A stretch of DNA of 64,000 nt. It comes from Gnetum montanum (Eukaryota > Plantae > Gnetophyta). Position 1 is the stretch's first letter, and every line of letters begins with the position of its first letter. Position numbers and translations under genes: made by a program. Positions 38,190 through 50,101 of the stretch are shown piece by piece. The stretch is from NCBI GenBank assembly GCA_015680685.1, contig MNCI01002612.1, forward strand, positions 183,132-247,131. The letters run 5' to 3'. The notes below the pieces were generated by a model that was given only the letters and a program-made list of their open reading frames with translations, ran no database searches and had not been told where the DNA came from.

Positions 38190-38700
38190 ACATTCGTCCG
38201 CTACGACGCTAAACTAGCAACAATCATCCGCTATGACGTAAAACTGGCATTCCCTTCACGCGTCTGCCATGACGCTAAACTGGCAACAATCGTCTGCCAC
38301 GATGTGAAACTATCAAGTTGCAACTGTCTGCTATGACGTAAAACTAGCAGCATTGTATAGGTCCGCCAAGATGGAAAAATTGGTTGTTTCTGCATGCGTT
38401 TGCCATGACGCTAAACTAGCACCGGCTATCTTCCAGGACATAAAACTGGCACAGGTGAGTGTCCGTCTGCTGAGACGTAAAACTAGCACAAATCTGTCCC
38501 TAGGTCACGACATGAAACTGACATCCACAGCATGGTCTGCTAAGACCATAAATCAGCCCTACCACTGTCTGCTACGACGTAAAACTAGTATTTTTTGGTC
38601 CACCCAGACTTTAAACTAGAACCATGGTCTGCTGAGACTTAAAACTAGCAACGATAGTCTACCAGGACTTAAAACTAGGACCTACAAGCTGCCATCATGC
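38190..38700. repeat. Degenerate 30-36-bp tandem repeats in the 3' UTR of C
   Basis: Core (gtc)(c/t)gc(c/t)a(c/t)gacg(c/t)(t/a)aaact(a/g)gc repeated more than 10 times. Confidence 0.85.
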
Positions 38701-39893
38701 AAATCAAATGAGCGTAATCATCTCTGTGTAGCTACAAAACAAATGGGGTGGGGTACTGGGATAGTCCCAGTGTCGCTACCTCATCGGCATTCTGCTGATT
38801 CCTCAGATGTGCTGAAAGGCATACTACTGACCCCTCGGAGATGCCGTCACTGCCCCCACTACAGCAGTGGCACCTCTAAGAGTTTAGTTTTGCTGACCGG
38901 AGCCCCAAAGGAATTCTCATAAAAAATGACCTTGGAGATCTCTGCTCATCATCGCTATCAGGCTCTGGCTTCATAGATTCACCTAGCTGGTTCTTTGCAT
39001 AACCAGTCAGGTGCGATGAGTCTAATAATCTTTGGCGGCGATATGCTGGGCCGAGCATCAATGGTGAAGACCCTAGCCTCGTGCTATAGTTCTTCCTTCG
39101 TGGCCTGCTCATTCTGTCTCGCCCTAAATGGTACTTGTTTCAACAACCTCTCTGGTGATTCAACCAAGCAATGGTGTCCTCTGTTTGCTTCTTTTGTTGC
39201 AGGTTACTTGCTACGAGGACGTCATTCAAAGGTGCGTTCATCTGAGCGGTGAAATACAGACAGCGCTTTGAGATGGCCACTTAAGTTAGCCTATCCACTC
39301 AGGAGTGCATGCCTATTTTCCCCATAATCCTACCCCTAGTTCTTACTTCCCTACATCTCCACCATCTATTTCCCTTACGCAAAACGTACATACGTAGCAC
39401 ATGCTTTCTGCATTTGCATTACAATCAAGTCCATGCACCGGCATAACACAACTCGCCTCTTGGACGTAAAAAAAAAGTGGGTCAACAAAATGGATAAAAC
39501 ACAACGCATCTAGGTCGCGCAGACGCAACACAATTCGTCTAAGAAAACCCCTTCATCTGCAAAATGATGGCACAACTCCATGCAAACACAATCGCAGGAG
39601 AAGGCCTAAGTGCTTATGCGTGAAAAAGAACTATATGCACACATTTGTGTCTTTCCCAAACCTCATTTGAGTTTTCCCCGAACCTCACTTACGTCTTCCC
39701 CAAACCTTTTTCCTCTTACCTCTATAAAAATTCCTTCCCATACCCTTCTATCCTCTATTTCCCCCATTTCTACACTTCTTCGTTGACAGGGCAACACTTG
39801 AGTAACCATTAACGAACGCTGTTGGTACTTTTGCCCATCCGGTGTTTCGTATTCTTTGTCGACGTCTTTTGGGCAAGCCCTCTAAACGTCAAC

Positions 39894-39902
39894 AAAGAGG
39901 GG
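39894..39902 (+). promoter_or_regulatory. Polypurine tract of C
   Basis: AAAGAGGGG followed by ccat and then the 3' LTR. Confidence 0.85.
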
Positions 39903-39906
39903 CCAT

Positions 39907-41478
39907 TGAAACACCATAGAAATTGCGAATCGGCCTCAGGTGAAGATTCACAATTCAGGCAAAGGTTCGAGATATAAATCCAGAAGACAGAGCAAGGCAA
40001 AGAGGCACGCAGCATCAAGTATCCAAGTTTCCTGCAAATTTTAACCTTACTTTGTTCTCTCTCTTTATGCTACATTACGCAACATAGCGTAGTGTCGCTC
40101 AGCATAACTCTATTTAACGTAGCCTGGTAGCAGAAAGTAACTTACTTCGGTAATTTTTGACGAATTTTAAAGTTTAATACTTGTCACACATTTTGCTAAA
40201 TATTTTGTTCAAGACTGAGTTTACGCTCAGTTACGCAGAGCAGCGTAACGAGCTTCAAGAAAAGCAAAGCCAGAGTCAAAGGAAGCATGGCAGATTGATC
40301 TCTTCTTTTTTTGTAGATTGGTCACTTTATGCTCATTACGCTACGCAGCGTTGACAAGCATAATTTATTGTAAAGTTGATCATTTTTACACTCTATTACG
40401 CTTCGCAGCTTGAATGAGCGTAAAATAGCTTGAATCAACTACTTACATGCTTTATTGCACTCCGCCACGCAATGAAGTGTAAACAAGTGTGATACAGCGT
40501 AAAACTAGCTAAAGCAGTACCAGATACGCATCTGCTATCCACACGCACAATACACTAATGAGCGTATTGTGTGTAATCACGGAGTAGCTTTAGTAGAAGT
40601 GATCGACAACGTATTTTTCTCTCCTTCCTAGAACGTGATGCAACGTGGCCAATTTCAACATAAAGTTTACCAAGTCAATAGTATTTTGAAGGTTCGGGAC
40701 ACGTGTCATCAGGGCCATGCCTTCTCCACATGTTGTTGAACTTATAAATACTCCAGTTGACGAAGAAACCCTGGGGGCGGCATCTCTAACTTTTGGCGGC
40801 GTCACCTTTTAGCAAAGATAGAAGACATTTTGCTTGAGCATTGGTAGCAGGAGCGATCAGTCCTTTGGCAAAAACACAACTCTCTCCATTGGCAATCATT
40901 GGCAGTTTTGAGCAGAGACTACCCAAGGCAAAAGGAGCAAATCAGAGATCAAAAGATCATCTGGTGCGGTTTGCAAGTTTTATTGATCAGAAACAATTGA
41001 TTGATAGACGTCAAAGCTTGACCTTCCTTGCATCCCATCTCTAGCTTACGAGGTAGATCAAACTCCATTCTGTACTCCTTGTTGAACAGTTTTCTTGTTA
41101 TTTTGTGTATGCTTCGCACAAGATAAGCAGATCTTTTCCATTGGAAATTTATATACAATATACCCAGTTTTTGGGTCAAAGTATAGATCTTGGAATTGCG
41201 CATTTTCCTTAAATTCGATCCTTCTTGTCATGTTGATGTTGTTGTTATCTACATTTTTTTCTTCTCCTTTGGCGATTCATCAAATCATATTGTTCCACGG
41301 AATATCTACAATATTCGTCGATTTATTGATTGAGTAAGTCCTTGTCTGATCGACAAGACCGTTTAGGGCACTGCGGATTTGTTTTCTCCAGCACGGCCCT
41401 CACACGGATCCGTGGTTAAGACTGTGTACACGGATTTTGTTTGGTATTTTCCAGCTACCGACATTTTCCGTCGTTACA
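39907..41478 (+). repeat. 3' LTR of C (1572 bp)
   Basis: TGAAACACC...TTACA; matches 24111-25431. Confidence 0.96.
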
Positions 41479-41483
41479 GATAG

Positions 41484-41776
41484 TGGCCCTAGACTTAGTG
41501 GAGGAGCAATGTATGTAAGTGCTTGCTCACATTGAACATTATCAAGAGAGGCAGAATCAACAACATCATCATAACTTGACCAAGTGTAAGATCAAGGAAG
41601 GTGACCTAGTCCTGAAAGGTATTCACGATTATGTAGATAAATTCTTAGCCAAGTGGAAAGGATCCTTCATGATCACCAAAGCCTATGGTAATAGAGCATT
41701 CAAGATAGCCTACATGGATGGGAATGAGTTGGCCAATTTGGTTAATCATTCCTATTTGAAGCCATATTACATGTAG
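41484..41776 (+). pseudogene. pol: C-terminal end of the element B integrase
   Basis: ALDLVEEQ...KEGDLVLK...KWKGSF...VNHSYLKPYYM*; continues the reading interrupted at 24110. Confidence 0.9.
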
Positions 41777-41809
41777 CCAATGATCATCAACAAGAGAGGC
41801 TACTCTAGA

Positions 41810-42050
41810 ATGACCTACTGAGGCATTAAACTAGCAACATGGCCTACTAGGGCCTAAAAATGATAATACCATGGCATGCTGAGGCCTTAAACTAGCAATA
41901 TGGCCTACCAAGGTCTTAAACTAGCAACACAGCTTGCCAGCATCAAAAATTAGTAGCAACACAGCTTGCCATGACCTAAAACTAGTAACAACATGGCCTT
42001 CCAAGGCCTTAAACTAGTACTACGACTTGTCACAACCTTAAATTAGCAAC
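41810..42050. repeat. ~30-bp degenerate repeats in the 3' UTR of B
   Basis: Repeated ggcc(t)taaactagcaac. Confidence 0.8.
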
Positions 42051-42911
42051 ATTGGTGACCGAGGTAGCTTCACTTTATTCTCCATGTGACCTATATATGC
42101 ATTGTAATGTTGTAACATGCTTTGTTTGCTTGGTTTTTGTGTCCTATTGGAGTTATGTGTATAGGATGAAGCTTGGAGTTTTCGCAAGGATGCAACCCAT
42201 TATTGAGATTCAATGAGTTTGTCCTACTGTGTCAAGAGTGCTTGTACCATTCCTCTCCCTGAAACTGCTCCTTGAGCCTAACCTTATACCCTGATGATAA
42301 CCTTCCCTACCCTAAGCAATGATGTCAACTCATGTTTTCCACTCATGCACTATAGCAATATAATATGTGTTTAGCATGCTTCATCCTCAAGTCCACTTGA
42401 ATGTAACAAAATTCATTGAATGGGAAAACCATTAAGTCCATTGAGCGTAACACATCTCGTTTGATGGCATAACTCTCAAGTCTATTTAGTGTAACACAAC
42501 TTACTCAATGGGAAAACTATGTTAAATCAGCCTTGGCAATGAAACTCAATGAAGGTTTCACTCCATAAAAAAAAGAAAATGGGGGAAGAAAATTTCCAAG
42601 GAGCCAAATGGCTTAGAGTGAATTGGTTGGTTCCTCAAATGCATTTGCCAAAAAATTAGCACTTTAAATTATGTCAATGCCATGCTATAATCATGGTGAC
42701 AACACTTGGAATATATCATTAGCCTCCATGACCATCTCCCTAACTACCATTATCATTCCTCCATTATAGTCTAATCCCATCATCACCAGCACTCTTCAAC
42801 ATGGTTCAACACAACTGGATTAAGTGTAGAGAGGAAACAATGGTGGTGGACCTATAGTGGTGTTTTGTATTCTTTGTTGGTGCCTTTCAGGTCAATCCTC
42901 TAAACACTAAC

Positions 42912-42920
42912 AAAGAAGGG
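42912..42920 (+). promoter_or_regulatory. Polypurine tract of B
   Basis: AAAGAAGGG-ccaa-TGAAACACC, the same context as in C. Confidence 0.8.
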
Positions 42921-42924
42921 CCAA

Positions 42925-44078
42925 TGAAACACCACCAAATTTTCATTTTGAAACCTTTATGATCCTATCCCATGAAACCTAAGGCAATATTTTATTGTAA
43001 ATGTGAAGGTTGTAACTTGTAAAGGGGAAATCTCACATATTTCATACTTTTGGAGTTGAAAAATGCTTCATAAGTGACCAAAGCCTCATTCCCCAAGTGA
43101 AAAAAGTTCCCTAGTATCTATATTTAGGCTTGGGAAAGTCAAAAATGCCTTTTGGGATGCCAAAAATGGTAATTTGATGGGTTTTATGGGAGGTATACAT
43201 ATCTATACGTTGACACACCCCCTGTAGGGGGGTAAGCTAGCTAGGAGACTTCAAGGCTAGCATGGAGGAGTGCAAGGGGGGTAGAACTCACCTACCCCTA
43301 TTGTGGAAAGGGGGGTGACCTAGGTTGGAGGGGTTGACCTTCACCCCTAGCGTTGACTTCCCATCCTTCTTTAATGTTGACATTCATTTTCCTCAGGGAG
43401 GAGGGGGTTTAGCCAACTAGGAGAGAGGGGATTAGATAGCATGGAGGAGGCAAACAACTTGGATGCATTAGGGGTGAACCTCACCTACCCCCCTAAACAT
43501 GGTAGCTAATTTTAAGCATTTTGACAACAAATTTTTAGCTAATCAATTAGTAATTTGATGGTCAATTTTCAACCAATCATGTTAGCCATTGGCAGCTAAT
43601 TTGTAGCCAATCATGTTAGCCATTGGCAGCTAATTTGCAGCCAATCATGTTAGCCATTTGTGGTCAATTTATAGCTTGAATCATGGCCATAACCTTATAA
43701 AAAGCACACCTTGGCACCATGTCAAGGTTCCATACTTTGGTAATTCAACACCCTTGGCATTTTGGCATCTAAGATTACTTTGGTAATTCAACACCCTTGG
43801 CATTTTGGAATCTAAGATCTGTTACTTCCTTAGCAAAAATGTAGCTCTTTGGTAGCTAGTAGTGTGGACCCCCTACAACTTGTTATCCCCTATTACTCCG
43901 GCCCCCCCCCCTTAGATTTGTGAGTTTTGGATGTCAACCTTACTCCTCGGATCACCAAATCCCAATGTAGTGCACTTTGGCCATCTTAATCCTTTACATT
44001 TCCAAAACCCTAGCATCAAACAATGCTATAGATCTAAGGAGGAGACAAAGAAGGTTTGATAACATTAGGAGTGGCAGA
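42925..44078 (+). repeat. 3' LTR of B, first part (U3 with a CCAAT-containing 34-bp repeat x~3 and TATAAAA at 43696)
   Basis: Starts TGAAACACC after the PPT and is cut by D at the TSD GCAGA. Confidence 0.8.
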
Positions 44079-44995
44079 TGATGAGAAACTAGGTACCCCT
44101 ACACCCAACCATACGAATCACGGGCATTCACATGTGACCTAGTCGAATTTCGTAGACTGTAAGTACTTAACATATACCAAACTCTAACCAGTGAAACTTT
44201 GGGTTAGAACGGTCATTGTCTTCCTAACCTCACTTGTGATGTTCCATTTATGATGGTTAAGTAAGACTAAGGCTAATGATTTTTATAGCTTTTTGCATAT
44301 CTTTTGGTGGCTAATTTAAGTATGAAAGGTAAGGAATAAACTATTATCTAATCTCTAATTATCCTAACTTGTATTCTAACTATTCCTAGCATAAGTATCC
44401 GGTCCCATCTTTCGAGAACATTCTGAACATCTCCTAACACTTCTGGGCTACCATACGTTAAGTGTCACTAGGTTTACCAAGTGTTTGATTTACATTCAAG
44501 ATGGTCATACTTATGGCCCTTACGAACTACGAATGAACAATAGTGATTAAAATAATAATAACAGAAACTTAAGTAATTAACATGTAACTAACAAAGCATA
44601 AATGCATTAAACTAATGAATGCATAAAATAGTTAAGTCCAAATGCTACAAGGAATGCTTGAATAGTTCATCTTTATTTCCATCATGCCAATGGGCTCAGA
44701 TACATCAATGCTCAAATAAAGTGCCGATCACTTTTCTTACACCTACTATAGGAACTTGGAAAATATTCTATCTCCTCTGGAAACAAACTACAAGAGCTTC
44801 GTTACAACTAACTGAAAGATGCCTGAATGAGGTAGAAGGCCCTCTTATTTATAGGTCGAGAAATACGACTACGTACATGGGGCCATGTCAATGTAGGAAG
44901 GCTACATTGATGGGCTCCCATCGACGCAGGTGGCACGTCGATGGGCCTGTGTCGATGTGGCCTAGTCAACGCAGTAACTCAATGATACTTCATCA
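44079..44995 (-). repeat. 3' LTR of D (917 bp)
   Basis: About 91% identical to 56433-57346 over the first ~210 bp (hand count). Confidence 0.95.
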
Positions 44996-45010
44996 TACCC
45001 CCACGACTGA
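44996..45010 (-). promoter_or_regulatory. 3' PPT region of D
   Basis: Minus strand CTCGAGGACGAG...TCAGTCGTGGGGGTA immediately before the LTR. Confidence 0.75.
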
Positions 45011-45169
45011 GAAAAAACTCGTCCTCGAGTTACTTTACAATTTGGAAGGTATGGATTCTTATTAGCAACACACATAACTAAAACACATACATGACACACA
45101 CATGACACAACATGAATTTGACCAAGTGCTCAAGTTACAAAGGAGAATAAATTACAAAAATGGCGGTGT

Positions 45170-48092
45170 TCAAAGACAAAATGGGATAATTGGCTGGTCC
45201 TGGAGCCTCTGCTGTGTAGAATGATAAACAAATTTGCTAGAGAAGATCACATTGTCCATGGGGGTAGTGGTTCTAACAGACCTTCTCCAGCCTCTAGCCC
45301 ATGCATTGGTGGCAGTGTGAATGACGGTTGCCCAGCGGTAGCTGCAACTTCTGGAGGCAGTCGAAAAGCCTCCAAGAAAGCCCTCATCTTTTCTTCTGGG
45401 GTTGTTCACAGTTTAGGTAGCTTCTCCAATGTGTGCGGAAGCTGGAACTTTCCAAGGGAATGGAAGTGTCGGAAAGAGTTCTTTTTAATTGATAAACTAG
45501 GCTTTGAATTTCTTGCATTCAATGTCGAATGCTCAGATTGATGCCTACAGCTATTGGTAGTCATTCATTCTTCGGGCCAAGTCCTCCACAACTGTACGTT
45601 GTTCTTCAAAGCTTGGGCGGAGGGCCTCTAGTTTTGTGTTTGTTGTTGCAAGCTTCTATTTTTTTGCCTTGTGCGCCTAGAACTGACCCTCATATAAGGA
45701 ATACGAGGTAGCCACTTGCTTTTCTAACTCTGACCACAGTCTCCTGGCTGTGAGCATAGCCAAGTTTGCATATTGAAGGTTGGCTAATTCCATGTATTCT
45801 GTCATTTCCTCAATCTGTAGCTCCTTTAGGAGAATTTCTGCTTTGTTGTAGGCATTCAACCCATCAAAGATAGATGACCATACATTGCCTCCCTCTCAAA
45901 GCTACTGGAGCGCTTGGTTCATCTTGGACTTGGCGACTTGAATGTGCCTCTCGTTTACCTCCTTCTGAAATCCCACTTGGTCCCTATAATGATTTTTGAA
46001 TTTTTCAAATTTTAGGGCCTTATTTTTCCAAGCAGAAATCTCAATTGCAGACTTCTGTCGTAATGTCTGAACCTCCTCCATTGATAGATTTCGATTTTCA
46101 GTTGCCAACCTCCTTATGTATGCATTCACCCTGGCTAGCTTCTCTTGTTATTGGTTGATAAAATCTTTCATGTGTTCATTCTTCATACCAACATTACGTA
46201 GGTTATGAACTTCCATGATTAGCTGCACATTCTTTTTGCGAACCTACCCCAAGTCCTTCTCTAAGTGATATGCTCAAGCATCTGCTATGGACTTATTAAG
46301 GATCGCTATCTCTTGCTCATCCTCAACAACCTAGAGTTTAAGCTAAAGCTGTTGAAAAACTTCATCTCTAGTGATTTCATGGTTGAGGATTGCTGGATCG
46401 GCAAGCTAGGCTCTTAATTGGGCTATCTTAGTTGCCAAGCGCTAACAAGAGACTTGAGCAGCTTCAAGTTTCCCTTCTAAAACAAGGCTCTTGCCCCTTA
46501 CCGAGAGTTGTTCCGACTAGATTGCAGTAATGTTGTCTGGAAGGTTGAAGACATCTGAAAGCGGTTGCCCAGTTCCCACCAGTTGGTCCAATAGCTCTTC
46601 ATGTTGGGCTGCATTAATTTGGCTACGCAAAGTTCTAGCGGACACCATGCATCTTGTAGTCCGTGAATGTTTGGTACAGGTGTTGTTGGTGCATTGAGAG
46701 CAGTAGCAATTGTGTTAGCAACCACTTTGGCCGTAACTTCTTGTCCCTAGTGCTCCACCACCAGGACCATCACCCCTTAACCATCTTCCAAGTAGACTGA
46801 GAAGGCGCAGCATTCCCTGAGATTTTGGGGAATAACTATTAGGTTGATGTTGATACATCTTGGATTCTTGGATCTGTTCTGGTTGGAACTTTTGCTCGAG
46901 TGGTGGAGAATATCGACCCTAGACTTTCAAGTAAGTTAACTGAGTGAGCCACTTGCTCCAGGTGGCTCATGGGAGGGCAATAGACCAAAGGGTCTTCTCC
47001 TTTACTAATCCTTCCAGATTACTCTTGCTAGCTCAAGAGCGTTTCCTGGATCTCGTGGAGGTATTCTACTATGTTTTGCAAACTCGGTTATATTGTTTGT
47101 GCAGGTGGTGGAGGTGGTTGCTGCTTCTCATCTGTTTGTGTGGCAGTAGGCATTTTATCTTTCATCATTTCTCACCACGAGGCAATTGGGGCACACCAAA
47201 TGATATCATTAGTGCATTGTGTTATACTTGCCCATTTGCATAACTTTTGGATTAGACAAGAAAAGGGGAGAGCTCATCTTCCACGTTCGTTCTTAGCGAA
47301 CCTTTTTTGAATCTCCAGAAACAACAGGTGTGGAAGACTCATGGGAAATTTCCCACTCAAGGTAGCACACGTACGAGCGGAGAAGGCTGTGATTTTTCTG
47401 GGTCTTACCATTGGATTCAAATGGTAAGATGCTATCTTGGAGTATACTCTCTCTGCTATGGTTAAGGAGACGAATTCCTTGCACTCTACCCCATAGAACT
47501 GTAGGGTCCATTACGCCTTTACCTCTGGATCAGCTTGTTTTGGAATTTCTGCCACATCTGCCCCAGTTTCAGGCAACCCCAGAGCTTGCATTATCGCCTC
47601 TAAAGAGTAAGAGACATAAATGTCTTTGATTCTTACTCTAGACCCTGGTTGCCGATTCATCCAGAAGAGATAAGTTTCTCCTAAGTACCATTTACCACTA
47701 GCTATGATGATTGGCCACATCGGAGAGTTCTACAGTTGGAGCCTCATGTCTTCTGGTGCATGATCAAGGAATGGTCCAAAATTTAGCTCTAGGAGAACTG
47801 TCCATTGCACCTCGCGTGGCATGATAGCATCAAGGCAGGCTTGGGTCAGGGTGACCTCAAGCCATGGTGTTATCCCAGGAATCTCATCCTCAAGCGATTG
47901 CCTACTGAGAATCTCCTCTTCAGGAATCTGGTGAATAGATTCCACCTCAGTTCTTTCACGGAAGGGCCCAATTGCATGAGAGCCCTCCACATACTATGGC
48001 TGTTGCACACCTCATCCCCTTCTTGTGCATGGGCGCTTGTCCCTTGGTTGAGATTGTTCTTCATCCCTTGGGTGCCTCGGTTTGGGTGCCAT
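45170..48092 (-). pseudogene. Athila accessory ('env-like') ORF, decayed; Transposase_32-like N-terminal part and coiled-coil C-terminal part
   Basis: Starts MAPKPRHPRDEE right after an AG acceptor; VSYSLEAIMQALGLPETG motif; E/K/Q-rich helical segments at 45677-46450. The 3' end is approximate. Confidence 0.6.
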
Positions 48093-48300
48093 CTACAATC
48101 AAACATAACCATCTGTTAGACCATTCATACGTAGTTTAAGATGATTCGTATATACTTTCTCAGTTTGACCAAGTTATGTTAATGGCATAGGCACACCTTT
48201 AAGTTTCCCAAAGCGTTAAGTTAGGGGTTAGGGCCAAAGTTTTCATAATTAACAAACTAATTAATTAATTAATTAATTATAGTTAGTTTCACAAAGGCAC

Positions 48301-48317
48301 CACCCCCCACGACTAAG
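48301..48317 (-). promoter_or_regulatory. Internal second PPT-like copy in D
   Basis: Minus strand CTTAGTCGTGGGGGG, versus CTCAGTCGTGGGGG at the terminal PPT. Confidence 0.7.
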
Positions 48318-48469
48318 AGCATACCTCTAGTGGCTTAAAAGGGCAAGGATCAGGTGATGAGGATGCGCAACAGAATGTAGGTGCGTTGGGAAGGGTTAGG
48401 CAGAAAAAATGGCAAAAAATCCCCTCAATTTGGACTCCAAATGATGAAAAATGAAGAAGTGTGATGTGG

Positions 48470-48550
48470 TATATATAGGGGTTAGCCGCTATGTCGACGG
48501 GGCCACGTAAACATAGTGACTGCATCAATGGGGCCCCATCAACGTAGGTG
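48470..48550 (-). promoter_or_regulatory. Internal LTR-U3-like promoter upstream of the D accessory ORF
   Basis: TATATA at 48470-48477 plus ~70 bp that align with LTR 44848-44932. Confidence 0.6.
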
Positions 48551-50101
48551 TGTTCACCCATTGACCAGCATTGACCAACCCATAAAAACCCCAAAATGAT
48601 GAATTTGAAACTCCAAATTAAGGTAGTTGAAGCATGTGAAAGGCCTGGACATGGCTAAGAACATGAGGAAGAGAATTAAATGTGAAAAGGAGACAAAAAT
48701 AGGAGAACAAGACTCAAAAAGAACTATGTGGGGAATAAATCGAGTGATGGGATCCGAAAACTAGTCAACCACGAAAACCAATGGAAGGGGGACTTAATAA
48801 GCAGAACCAAGGAAATGCAGGTGGGTCCTCCCCATAGCAAGTCATAGCCTTAGTAGCCCTTGCATAGCCCTCAACACTGGGGTCTGTGGGCCCCAGGGCC
48901 AAGAAATAGTGTTCGCCATGTAAGACTTTGACCCAAGAGATCCCGCCAAGGCATGGAAAGCCCATGGATACCATGACATACTTTCATGACATAAAACAGG
49001 TAGTGAGGTGAGTGACGGAAAGAACGAGATGAAGAGAGAGAGACGAGAGAATGGTATTCCATTTGTGGATCACAGGAAACCCCATGTGGAGATGTGGTTA
49101 AGTGACCCAGTAGAACTATTCCAAAGTTCAGACCCAAAACCATCTACATTCAGTGATATCACAGTAATAGATGAAGTCCCGGACATTCCCCAAGGAAGCA
49201 AGAATGACCTCACAGAGAACCACCACTTCAACAAACATGAGAAGAAGGAAGTGAAATGGGACAAAGTTAGAGGAAACCAAGGAAGTCCCATAACTAGTGC
49301 ATGTGGCCCATGAGAGGCGATCCAAGGGGTGTGCTTTGAATTCCCCTATGATTCACTTTTCTTTTGTTTTATATGAGGGAACCACACCATGCGAAGAACC
49401 ATGCGTGTTTTCATGCATCCGACCAAGGGGTGTGCTTTGAATCCTCATTTTATTTGTTTATTTTATTTATGTTTTCTATTTTTGTTTTTTTGATTTTTTG
49501 AATTTTTTCAGTGAGGACCACACCATGCAAGGCCGGACTGCCTAGAAGCTTCCATGGAGAGATAATTTGAGTGGAAGGAAATCCATAAGGACACACCAAC
49601 AACCTAGGGAACAGAACAGAACAACGACTAAATCGTTCCCCTTGAAGTCACACCTGATTCAAACCATTGGGCCATCCCTCAGTCTGGGAACTACACAAGT
49701 CACACATTAATTAAAATGTTGTTAAGGTAAGGGGTTGCATATGCTCAATAGAAGGGAAACCATGGAGTGGGTGAATGGGTGGATGATGTGAACTCACTAC
49801 CGATTTTATGAGTGGAAAGTAGACGTAAAGTCCAAAAAGAAACCATGCTATGGCAGAAACTAGACAACTAGGTAGATGAGTGTACATTACCCATCACAAC
49901 AAAAACCATCCGTGCCAAACATCTGAAGACAATAAGATGATAGATTAGCAATTACGCGAAAAAATAAAACATTTATAAAGAAATGAAAAATAAGTAAATA
50001 AAGGAAAAAATGTACAAAGAAGTGGCAAACGTATAAACGATGGTGAAAAACAAAGTGTAAAACAAAAAATTACAAAATGGCGAGGGGTGCAGTGGAATGG
50101 A

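Larger units (their letters stand above)
24111..41478 (+). mobile_element. Element C: structurally complete 17.4-kb Tat LTR retrotransposon with 5-bp TSD GATAG
   Basis: TG..CA LTR pair; GATAG at 24106-24110 and 41479-41483; PBS, PPT, gag-PR, antisense gene and pol are all present. Confidence 0.96.

Noticed and set aside
38190-38700. CRISPR-like repeat/spacer array
   Set aside because: Units are degenerate along their whole length, the intervening bases are short and related to one another, there are no cas genes, and the context is a plant retrotransposon 3' UTR.
44619-45065. ORFs at 44619-45065 and 56973-57230
   Set aside because: They lie within D's LTRs, have no recognisable motif and end at different positions in the two copies.
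45902-46129. Direct homology between the D accessory coiled coil (WKNKALKFEKFKNHY) and the ORF-X segment (WKTFTSKVQKW...KYHY)
   Set aside because: The match is short and lies in a low-complexity helical region, so it cannot be supported without a profile search.
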